From: an uncultured Elusimicrobia bacterium
Lineage (GTDB): Bacteria > Elusimicrobiota > Elusimicrobia > UBA1565 > UBA9628
Reading direction: 5' to 3'
Length of the DNA: 64,000 nt
NCBI GenBank assembly: GCA_965283875.1
Contig: CBDIQC010000001.1
Span: forward strand, 106,085 to 170,084
The notes under the pieces were generated by a model. That model ran no database searches. It had not been told where the DNA came from and worked only from the letters and a program-made list of their open reading frames with translations. A program made the position numbers and the translations under genes. Positions 56,352 to 64,000 of this stretch are shown piece by piece. The stretch's first letter is position 1, and every line of letters starts with the position of its first letter.

Positions 56352-57905
56352 CTAAGCTAACGCGCGCAACGAAGCCTGCGCGGCTTTGACGCCGCGGTAA
56401 TGCGCTTCCTCGAACAAGGACAGGCCGGACATGTCCGAATGCGCGAACGAGACGGGGCCGACGGGCGAAAGCGCCGCGCGGCGCGCGGCGCCGAACAGGA
56501 AGCCGGGGCGGGGGAGGATCATCCCGTGGCCCCACAGCCAGGCGTCCAGGCGCGTGGCCCTTTCGCGGATGTCCGGGTGGGCGCGCGCCAAATCGTCGAG
56601 GCACAGGTCGCGGCATTTCGCCCAATCCCAGCCGAAGGCCTCCTGGCGGCGAGCCGACGGGCCGCCGGTGAGCGGGCGGTAATACGTCCACACCGTGCGC
56701 CGCCGATCGAGGCTGATGTCCTGGTGGCGAGCGTCCACGTAACCGAGCCCCTGGCCGTTGTAGAGGACGTTGTCCCAGCTCGGCGGCGCGCCGTGGCCGT
56801 CGGCCGGGCGCTCGAGCGTGACGTTGCAGGTCAGCCACGGCGCGTAGTCGAAGCCTTCGGCCGACAGGCCCGGCACCAGACGCGCGGCGACGTAGCGCGG
56901 GGCCGCGACGATGACGCGTTTGGCGCGCAGGCGGCGGGCGTCGCCGCCCGAGGCGTCCATCGAGTCCACGACCGCGCCGTCCCCGTCGGGCGCGACGCGA
57001 TAAACGAGGCGCCCGCCGCGCACGCGTTCGCCGGCGCGCTCGAGCAGCTTCTTGATGAGCCAGCCGTTGCCCTCGGGCCAGGTCAACACGCGGTCGTGCT
57101 CGCCCTCGGCGCGGGCGGCGAAGTAATGCAGGCCCGCCCAGGCCGACACCTCCTCGGAAGTCCCGCCGTAGTCGTCGCGCATGGCGTAGTCCACGTACCA
57201 TGATAAACGGGAGGAGGTGAAGCCCTCCTGCGCCAGCCACGCCTTCATCGAGAGGCGGTCGAGGGCGGCCAGCTCGGTGGAGCTGCGCTCCATCGGGATG
57301 GCGAACAGCGGACGGCCGTCGCGCCCGCGGCCGTCGCGATACGTCCGGATGCGCGCGTCCCAGCGCTCCTTCTGGCGCCGATCGTCGGGCGACATCCCGT
57401 CCGACGGATACAAGCCGTCCTGCCAGCGTCCGTGGATGAACAGCCGTTCCTCCGGCGCGTGGCACAGGTAACGTTCGTCGTAACGGTCCTCGCCGCTGAG
57501 CACGCCCAGCTCGCGCAGGAGCGTCTTGAGCTCGGTCGCGTGCGGCCCGGGCACCGGCAGGTAATGCGCGCCCCACGGGTAGGCCGACACCTCGTTTTCG
57601 CCCCAGGCCGCGTTGCCGCCGGCGCGGTCCTCGAGCTCGAGCAGCTCGAAATCGTCGAAGCCCGCGCGGCGCAGCTCCCAGGCCGCCGACAGCCCGGCCG
57701 CGCCGCCGCCGACGATGACGAGGGGGACCTTGTCCTCGCGCGCCGGCGCGGGGAACTTGCCCGCGCGAAGCTTGTGGCCGCGCTCGCGCGAGGGGCCCAG
57801 CAAGGAGCCGTATAAAGGCGGGCGGCGGACGCAGGCGCCCAGCGCGACGGCCGCGAGGCCCGCGCCGAGGAACTCGCGACGGCTTATTGGACGACCTTCT
57901 CCCAT
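56352..57905 (-). CDS. FAD-dependent amine-oxidase-like oxidoreductase with a Tat-type signal
   Basis: 517 aa with MGEGRPISRREFLGAGLAAVALGAC (twin-Arg) and dinucleotide fold VIVGGGAAGLSAAWEL..ELEDRAGGN. Confidence 0.75.
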   Translation of the reverse strand: MGEGRPISRREFLGAGLAAVALGACVRRPPLYGSLLGPSRERGHKLRAGKFPAPAREDKVPLVIVGGGAAGLSAAWELRRAGFDDFELLELEDRAGGNAAWGENEVSAYPWGAHYLPVPGPHATELKTLLRELGVLSGEDRYDERYLCHAPEERLFIHGRWQDGLYPSDGMSPDDRRQKERWDARIRTYRDGRGRDGRPLFAIPMERSSTELAALDRLSMKAWLAQEGFTSSRLSWYVDYAMRDDYGGTSEEVSAWAGLHYFAARAEGEHDRVLTWPEGNGWLIKKLLERAGERVRGGRLVYRVAPDGDGAVVDSMDASGGDARRLRAKRVIVAAPRYVAARLVPGLSAEGFDYAPWLTCNVTLERPADGHGAPPSWDNVLYNGQGLGYVDARHQDISLDRRRTVWTYYRPLTGGPSARRQEAFGWDWAKCRDLCLDDLARAHPDIRERATRLDAWLWGHGMILPRPGFLFGAARRAALSPVGPVSFAHSDMSGLSLFEEAHYRGVKAAQASLRALA

Positions 57906-59370
57906 TCGGCCTCGTAGTAGCGCACGAGGGCTTGCGTGTCGAGCCGGTTGACGTCGGCGTCCACGCGCGCCATGTCGGCGGGGAATTCGAAGAGCGACGG
58001 CAAGGTGGCCGTGGTCAGGTAGCGCAGCCCTTCGGGCAGGCGCAGCGGCGGCCGGTACTCTCCGGCGCCGCCGATGACGAAGCCCCACTCGCCGAAGGAG
58101 GGAACGTAGGTGTGGTACGGCGCCGTCTTCCAGCCCGCGTCGGCCATGGTTTTCTCGATGCACCAGAACGAGCGGCGCGCGAACAGCGGCGACGTCGCCT
58201 GCACCGAGATGAGCCCGCCGCGCGCCATGCGCCGCTTGAGCAGCCGGTAGAACGGCGCGGAGAACAGCTTGCCGACGGCGTAGTTGGAGGGGTCGGGGAA
58301 ATCGACGATGGCCGTATCGAAGCCGCCCAGCGAGGTCTCCAGCCACTTGAAGGCGTCGGCGTTGACCACGCTCACGCGCGGGTCGCGCAAGGGCCGCCGT
58401 TGAGGCGCGAGAGCTCGGGTGCTCGAGAGCTACGGCATGCAGGCGGTCACCGCAACGTCGACCGCACGGACGCGTCAGGTCGCGCGGCACCTGCCAGGCC
58501 AGCCGTCGCCGCCGGCACCAGCACGCGCGCAGGCCTCCTTGGTGCGCCTGCGGCCATCACCGGGTGCACCAGCGCCTCGTGGTAGCGGTACTCGTCCATC
58601 GTCGAGAACTGCAGGTGCCCGTTGAGGAACAGCCGCCAGTCGTCCTTCCAGCGCGTGAGCACGATGCGCTGGTACGACGTGGTCTTGGCGAAGATGACCT
58701 CGTCGGCGAACAACGAGCCTTCGGCGTGTTCGGCGATGGCCTTGGAGCCGGCCAGGCCGGCGACGAGCAGGACGGCCGCCGCCGCGCACATGGCCTTGAG
58801 CCGCGCCGCGTCGGGAATCTCGTCGCGCAGCAGGCGCAGGGCCAGCGCGGCCACGCCGACGTTGAGCAGGCCGAAGACGAACGCGGTGTTGAGCAGGCCC
58901 AGGCGCGGCACGAGCACGAGGGGGAACAGGATGGACGCCCCCAACGCGCCCAGGTAGTCCACGGTGAGCACCTGCGACACCAGGTCCTTGAAGTCGAGCT
59001 TGCCCTTGAGCAGCCGCATGAGCAGCGGGATCTCCATGCCCACCAACGTGCCCACCAGCAGCACGAGCAGGTAGAGCACCAGCCGGAAGCCCGCCGCGTA
59101 GGTGAACGTCAGGAACAGCAGCGCCGCCGACCAGCCGCCGACGAGCCCGACGAGGATCTCGATCTGCACGAACCGCGCGGCCAGGCCGCGGCCCACGTAT
59201 TTCGACAGCCAGGACCCCACGCCCATCGCGAACAGGTGCGCCCCGATGACGGTCGAGAACTGCAGGACCGTGTCGCCGAGCAGGTAGCTCGCCAGCGCCC
59301 CCGCCACGAGCTCGTAAACGAGCCCGCAGGTGGCGACGACGAACAACGAGGCCAGCAGCGCGTGCGTCAC
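57884..59370 (-). pseudogene. membrane-anchored spermidine-synthase-like aminopropyltransferase, at least 4 frame breaks (58390-58560) as assembled
   Basis: The N-terminal ~7-TM block (..VGLVGGWSAALLFLTF..) is followed by ..YQRIVLTR..LFLNGHLQFSTMDEYRYHEALVHP... The GGGDG region is scrambled. The C-terminal ..VVNADAFKWLE..VDFPDPSN..SVQATSP.. is intact. Confidence 0.75.
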
Positions 59371-59383
59371 GGCCGCTCCGTCT

Positions 59384-59602
59384 TCAGCCCAGGACCGCGG
59401 CGGCGATGATGAGGCCCATGCTCACCGAGATGCCCGCGATCACGGTCGCGAGCGCGCAGTTCTGCTTCTGGACGATCTCGGCCCACAGGTCGTAGGGCGT
59501 GAGCTTGTCGAAGAGGCAGAACCAGGCGGTGAACACGGCCACGCCGATGCCGGAATAAACGACGGCCGCGGCGAGGTGCGAGACGTCCAGGATGTTCTTC
59601 AT
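59384..59602 (-). CDS. DUF350-like small membrane protein
   Basis: 72 aa with 3 TM. GGAGG lies 3 nt upstream. ATGA overlap with the upstream ORF. Confidence 0.7.
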   Translation of the reverse strand: MKNILDVSHLAAAVVYSGIGVAVFTAWFCLFDKLTPYDLWAEIVQKQNCALATVIAGISVSMGLIIAAAVLG

Positions 59603-59781
59603 TTTCCTCCGGTGTAGCGTCGGTAATGCGAATAGTGGGAACGATAGGAGCCCGGGTTGTCGCGCACGGATTTGGGCACGCCCGTGACCTTCTCGACGGG
59701 CGTGAGCCACCAGCCCGTCCACAACGCCCAGCCCAGCGCGGCGACGAGCGCGCCGGCGTAGAAGCGGTAGTAGCGGCTCAT
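59599..59781 (-). CDS. small membrane protein (1 TM, basic Tyr/Arg-rich tail)
   Basis: 60 aa: MSRYYRFYAGALVAALGWALWTGWWL..SYRSHYSHYRRYTGGK. ATGA overlaps at both ends support translation. Confidence 0.5.
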   Translation of the reverse strand: MSRYYRFYAGALVAALGWALWTGWWLTPVEKVTGVPKSVRDNPGSYRSHYSHYRRYTGGK

Positions 59782-61160
59782 TCGTCGTCCTCCCAGTCGT
59801 CGTCGGATTCGACGACGCGAGGGTGGTCGCTTTCCATCCAGCGCTCGTTCTCGAAGACCTCGCGGCGCATCCAGGCGTAAAGCAGCGGCAGCAGGAGCAG
59901 GAGGAAGGCGATCAGCGGCAGGCGCGCCAACGTGACGTCGCGTACGAGCGCCACGCGCAGAGAGAGCGCGGACTGGTCGGTCTCGGGCTCCACGCGCAGG
60001 TAATAACGTCCGGCGGGCACGCTGGGGAGGTACGCCTTCGCGTGCGTGCTCCCTCGTTCCAGGCCTCGCCGTCGTCCACGCCGTGGTAATGCGACAGCTC
60101 CACGCCGAAGTCCAACGCCACGTCGGTGTCGGCGTTGATGAGGGTCATGTTGGCGTAGGCCCAGTGGTTGTCCAGGTTGGAATCCACCTGCACCATCACG
60201 TTCGAGGTCCGCCCCGGAATCTCGAAGACGTCGCTCACGCGCGACTTCTCCGCGTCCGTGGCCGTGAAGTCGAAGCCGGCCGCGAACACGCCTTTGCCGG
60301 AGGACAGCGCGCCGATGAAGAAGTAGAGGCCGATGATAAGCGCGGCCGCCGTGAGGAAGCTCGCCTGCATGGACGGCAGGTGCGCCTGCCACGGGTTGGG
60401 CTGGGCCGGCGCGACCGAGCGCGGGCGCGGCGGGGCGGAGCCCTTGGGACCGAACGCCGCCCAGACCTCCTCGGGCTCGACGTATTCGCCGCGCGACCGC
60501 ACCGACTCGCCTTCCGTCACCTCGTTGGAGAGCAGGAAGGGGGGCGCGACGAAATCGCGCGCGCGCACGCGGTCGCCGGCGGCCGCGAGCCAGGGGAACT
60601 CGCCGAGCACGTGCGTGGTGACGGGAACGCTGGTCTGGAAGTGGGCGTAACGCACGCCTTCGTAAACGAAGGAGGGGTTCTGGCCGGCGTCCGGGTTGCG
60701 AACCTTGGACATGTCCTCGGGCTGCGGCTTGCCGCCGGCGCCTTTCGGCGATTTCGCGTCGTCGGGCTTCTTCTGCGGGCTCGGGCGCTGCGAGCGCCGC
60801 GGCGGGCGCGGCCGCGAGCGGCGCGACGGGGTCCTGGCTCTCCAGCTCGCCGCCGAAGGCGACCTTCTCGACGCCGCAGAGCCGGCGCAACGTCTGGATC
60901 TCGCCCACGTCGAACCACAGGCCGCCGCAGGCCTGGCACTGATCGAGCACCAGCTGGCCGCCGGCGGTCTGGCCGACCTTCAGGCGCGCGTCGCAGCGCG
61001 GGCAGGCCAGGCTCGACTCGGCGAGCGTCTCGAGCTTGAGCGGCACCGCGAGCTCGCCTTTGTCGTAGAACACCCCGAAACACTTCGGGCAGGCGTCCAC
61101 CGTCGTCTCGGGCGTGACCTCGTGCGGCTCGAGCGGCGCCCGGCATTTAGGGCAGTTCAT
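59778..61160 (-). pseudogene. 2 x zinc ribbon + DUF4178-like + C-terminal TM protein, two frame breaks (~60785, ~60050)
   Basis: MNCPKCRAPLE..ACPKCFGVFYD and ACPRCDARL..CQACGGLWFD. Then ..FVYEGVRYAHFQTSVPVTTHVLGEFPW.., a TM segment and ..YYLRVEPE..LPLIAFLLLLLPLLYAW... Confidence 0.65.
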
Positions 61161-61544
61161 CCGAGCAGCCCCTTGCGCGGCTCGGGCTCGTCGGGCAGGT
61201 TGCGCGCCAGCAGCCAATGCCCGTTGGACTCGACGAGCCAGCGGAAGCCCCGGTAGCGGGTTCCACAGCAGGTATTCGCCCCAGTCGTAGTCCACGCCGT
61301 AATAGCGCACGCGTTTGCGCTGGTAGCCGACGATCTCGAGCTCCTCGCCGCGGATGACGCCGCGCGCGCCGATGGGCAAGGTCGGGGGGACGTCGAGCTT
61401 GGAGAAATATTTCCCGACCAGCGCCATGCGAGGGTCGCGCGCGTCGAGCGTGGCGCCGCAATATTGGCAGGCGATGGTGCGCGTGACGCCTTCCGCGCGC
61501 AGCGTCAGCGTGCCGCCGCATTGCGGGCAGTCGAACTTCTTCAC
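61157..61544 (-). CDS. zinc ribbon + DUF4178-like protein, one frame break (~61262)
   Basis: GTG start. KKFDCPQCGG..IACQYCGA, then ..IRGEELEIVGYQRKRVRYYGVDYDWGEYLLWNP / YRGFRWLVESNGHW. ATGA/GTGA overlaps with its neighbours. Confidence 0.7.
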
Positions 61545-62187
61545 GCGGGCCTCTTCCAGCCCTCGAACTCGCGCAGGCCCGTGAGCTTGAGGTCGTCGAA
61601 CTCCTCGTATTCGCCGAGGAACAGCAGCGGCCGCTCCTCGCCCTCCGACCAGTCGAGCGTGGCGAACTTGCGGCCGGGGGCGACGAGGTCGGCCGACGGC
61701 GCTTCCGCGCCCAGCGGCGGGCGGAAGGGCAGCTCGCCCTCGGCCGAAAGGTACCGGGCCTTCAGCAGGTCGCGCACCCGGAACGTCGCGCCGCCCAGCT
61801 CGAGCTTCTGGCCGACCTTGAGGTTCTTGAACAGCGGGACGTTGGCGGGCGTCGCCGCTTGGAAGCTCACCGCGTACGCGCCCTGCGCCTCGCCCAGCCA
61901 GCCTTGTTTGCCGTCGCCGAAGACGATGTTCCACTCGTTCCAGTAGGTCCCGTCGGTGGAGAGCTGGACGCGGCCCACGATTTCGAAGGACGCGCCCTGG
62001 TGCTGGCCGCGGCCGCCGACCTGGAGAGGCGTGCCGTCGGGCAGAGCTGGGCGACCTCGCCGAGCTTCTCCACGTCGAGGTCCTTGCGCTGGACCAGGCT
62101 GGAGCAATGCCCGCACACGGCCAGCAGGCAGATGGAGGTCTTAAAGACGATCGCGGCGCCGCAATGCGGGCACTTACGCTCGATCAT
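61541..62187 (-). CDS. zinc ribbon + DUF4178-like protein, one frame break (~62040)
   Basis: MIERKCPHCGA..AVCGHCSS, then ..GASFEIVGRVQLSTDGTYWNEWNIVFGDGKQGWLGEAQG... Confidence 0.7.
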
Positions 62188-63260
62188 ACTCGTGGGCCGT
62201 ATCCTAGCAGATGACGGCCCAGGTCGGGATTGGAACCGTCGAAGCGCCAGATCCACGCGTCGAGGAGATAATGAACGGCCTGCGGCAGCGCGAGCAACGG
62301 GACCAGCAGCGACAGCAGGACGGGCCCCGGCTCCCACGCCGTGGCCAGGCCGAAGAACACCGACGCGTGCTCCTTCCAGACCAGGAAATCCCACGCGCCT
62401 TCTTCGACGTAGGCCAAGACGAGCAGCAGCCCGATGAAAAACGCGGCGCCCGCCGGCCGGTGGATGGCCCCGCGCCAGCCGCCGTCGCCGGCCCATTTGC
62501 GGCTGCCGTAGAGCCAGACGAGGGCGAGGTAGGGCACGCCGTGCGCGACCACGTTGGTCGCTGTGAAGGCGAAGTCCGAGTTCGTCGCCACGATGCCGAC
62601 GTACCAGGCCGCGGCCGTGGAGAACACGACGCCGACCTTGCCCGGGTTCACCGGCAGGCCCGCGCGGACGCGCGCGAGCTGGCGGAGGACGAAGGCGCCG
62701 AGCACCGCCGCGTACGCCGCGCCGGCCCAGCCGCCCGCCCACGCGTGCAGGCGCACGAAGTCGCCCTGGACGAACCACCAGAACTTGCGCGCCGGGTCGG
62801 CGTGCCAATACACCAGCGGGTACAGCATCGTCGCGTAGATGGCCGCGGCGTCGAGCCTCGCCTCCCAGGCCGGGCGCGGGCCCTCCAGGCGCGCGTAGGC
62901 GCGCAGGAAGCCGTATTGCTGGCGCACGAAGTGGAAGACGGCGAGGTAGGCGAAGCCCCGCCAGAACGCGAGCGGCGAGACGCGGTGCAGCGCGACCCCC
63001 GCGACCCAGGCCGCCAGAGGAAGATAGACGTACAGGGAGCGGCGGCGCGCGAACTCCTCGGGGTCGAGGTAGGTGCGGTACAACGACGCGTACACGTGGC
63101 CCACGTCGATGAACACCACGAACAGGAGCCAACCCCACGTCGGCGTGTCGGCGGCGCGCAGCGCGGGCAGCAGCAGCACCGCCGACGCGGCCAGGAGCGG
63201 CGGCCCGCAGAACCAGCCCAGGTCGAAGGCGGCCGAATGCAGCCACCGGCGTTCGCTCAC
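62184..63260 (-). CDS. polytopic membrane protein with conserved-looking His motifs, unknown family
   Basis: 358 aa from GTG 63258-63260, about 9 TM. DVGHVYASLYRTY, VFHFVRQQYGF, VAHGVPYLALVW and AVHYLLDAWIWR. ATGA overlap with the next gene. Confidence 0.6.
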   Translation of the reverse strand: MSERRWLHSAAFDLGWFCGPPLLAASAVLLLPALRAADTPTWGWLLFVVFIDVGHVYASLYRTYLDPEEFARRRSLYVYLPLAAWVAGVALHRVSPLAFWRGFAYLAVFHFVRQQYGFLRAYARLEGPRPAWEARLDAAAIYATMLYPLVYWHADPARKFWWFVQGDFVRLHAWAGGWAGAAYAAVLGAFVLRQLARVRAGLPVNPGKVGVVFSTAAAWYVGIVATNSDFAFTATNVVAHGVPYLALVWLYGSRKWAGDGGWRGAIHRPAGAAFFIGLLLVLAYVEEGAWDFLVWKEHASVFFGLATAWEPGPVLLSLLVPLLALPQAVHYLLDAWIWRFDGSNPDLGRHLLGYGPRV

Positions 63261-63266
63261 CCGGGC

Positions 63267-63272
63267 ATTATA
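63267..63272 (-). promoter_or_regulatory. -10 TATAAT, 6 nt before GTG 63260 (operon promoter, leaderless layout)
   Basis: Minus strand reads cttcaTATAATgcccggGTG. Confidence 0.45.
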
Positions 63273-63348
63273 TGAAGGAGGAGAGCGGGCGTCACGCCGT
63301 CATCACGCGGGGCTTGCGGCGGCGCGGGGGGGCGGTTATCCTACGGCG

Positions 63349-64000
63349 ATGGCCTGGGAAGACGACCTGGACCCGGATTGGATCCACGAGCTGCCGTTCT
63401 GGCTCGTGGCCGCCATGGCCCACGGCGCGCTCCTGACGCTCAACCCCGTGCTGCGCTGGGGCACGGCCCCGCGCGCCGACGAGAAGATCGTGCCCGTGGA
63501 GTTCGTCGCCGCGCTGCCCGTCGTGCTGCCCAACCTCGCCCCGGCCGCCGGCGACGGCACCACCGCCGCGCCGCGCCACGGCCCCGGCGCCTATGAAGCG
63601 CCCAAGGTGAAAGCCGGCGCGGCCGACGCGCCGCCCAAGGCCAAACCCGTGGCCAAACCCGCCGCCGTCAAAGGCCCGGCCGTCAAACAAGGCTCGACGG
63701 TGAAGGCCCAGGCCGCCAAGGCCGTGGCGCCGCCCGCCCGCGACCCCGCGGCCGAGACGCGCCGCGGCGCCGCCGCCGCGAATCGGCCCGCATCCAGGCC
63801 GCGGCCGTCGCGCGCGCCAAGGCCGAACGCGCCGCCGAGCGCGCCGGCGCCGAGCGCGCGCCGAGCGCGCGCAGCGCGCGGCCGAGAGCGCGGCCGCGGC
63901 CGAGGCCGCGCGGCACGCGCCGCGCTGGCGGCCGAACGCGCCGAGGAGGCGCGCCTCGAGCGCGAGCGCGTCGCCGAGCAGAAACGCGAGATCGCGCGGC
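63349..64000 (+). CDS. TolA/TonB-like protein, partial, with frame breaks in the Ala/Arg/Glu-rich part
   Basis: MAWEDDLDPDWIHELPFWLVAAMAHGALLTL (TM), then VPVEFV, a Pro/Ala/Lys-rich linker and ..AERAEEARLERERVAEQKREIA. TATCCT lies 6 nt before the ATG. The ORF runs off the window. Confidence 0.4.
   Translation, partial: MAWEDDLDPDWIHELPFWLVAAMAHGALLTLNPVLRWGTAPRADEKIVPVEFVAALPVVLPNLAPAAGDGTTAAPRHGPGAYEAPKVKAGAADAPPKAKPVAKPAAVKGPAVKQGSTVKAQAAKAVAPPARDPAAETRRGAAAANRPASRPRPSRAPRPNAPPSAPAPSARRARAARGRERGRGRGRAARAALAAERAEEARLERERVAEQKREIAR

Noticed and set aside
1-64000. Search for defence systems, toxin-antitoxin pairs, secretion-system or phage genes, and rRNA.
   Set aside because: No nuclease, ATPase, methylase or Cas-like motif sets, no small paired ORFs with TA-like features, and no structural phage or secretion genes were recognised on either strand. 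The novelty candidates here are metabolic and regulatory modules and the repeat peptide.

Overview
This is a very GC-rich chromosomal segment (by eye about two-thirds to 70% G+C, not computed). It comes from a diderm bacterium, since TolC-type factors, porins and heptosyltransferase-like genes are present. I can support about 65 protein genes and one tRNA-His. I found no rRNA, CRISPR, transposase, integrase or recognisable defence or toxin system.

Gene content from left to right:
- A Pho/polyphosphate island (1-20.2 kb): phoU-pstBACS, an OprP-like porin, a SulP transporter with a beta-carbonic anhydrase, phoR-phoB-sixA, a CYTH gene, and ppk1 inside an unusual operon. That operon has two paralogous MFS transporters, an ApaH-like phosphoesterase and a Tmk-like::DUF2252-like fusion.
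- recQ, a crotonase and two convergent GT9 glycosyltransferases.
- An uninterrupted 11.7-kb, 10-gene minus-strand efflux and envelope-stress array: TetR, OMF, RND (no adaptor gene), MFS, ECF sigma, anti-sigma, Spy/CpxP-like, OMF, MacA, MacB.
- A badly frame-broken FIST/class III cyclase, a Cys-rich-repeat secreted protein and a methyltransferase.
- A KimA-like K+ transporter, a porin and a truncated KdpD/KdpE pair with no kdpFABC.
- tRNA-His followed 9 nt later by an amidase.
- A TPR protein and secreted proteins.
- An FNR-like regulator followed by tandem FNR boxes and an orphan gene for a peptide with three AQFxPCVWP repeats. This is the most novel-looking locus.
- upp-pdp-PNP facing a split transketolase.
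- An 8-gene translationally coupled operon: a His-motif membrane protein, three zinc-ribbon/DUF4178-like paralogues, a small membrane protein, DUF350, a membrane spermidine-synthase-like protein and a Tat-signal FAD amine-oxidase-like protein.

Two properties run across the whole window:
- About 20 genes need 1-nt frame corrections, often in G/C homopolymers. Consensus error is the most likely cause.
- About 20 operon-first genes have a -10 box (often extended, TGnTAnAAT) only 5-10 nt upstream of the start codon. This implies widespread leaderless mRNAs.

All family calls come from motif recognition by eye. No searches were run.
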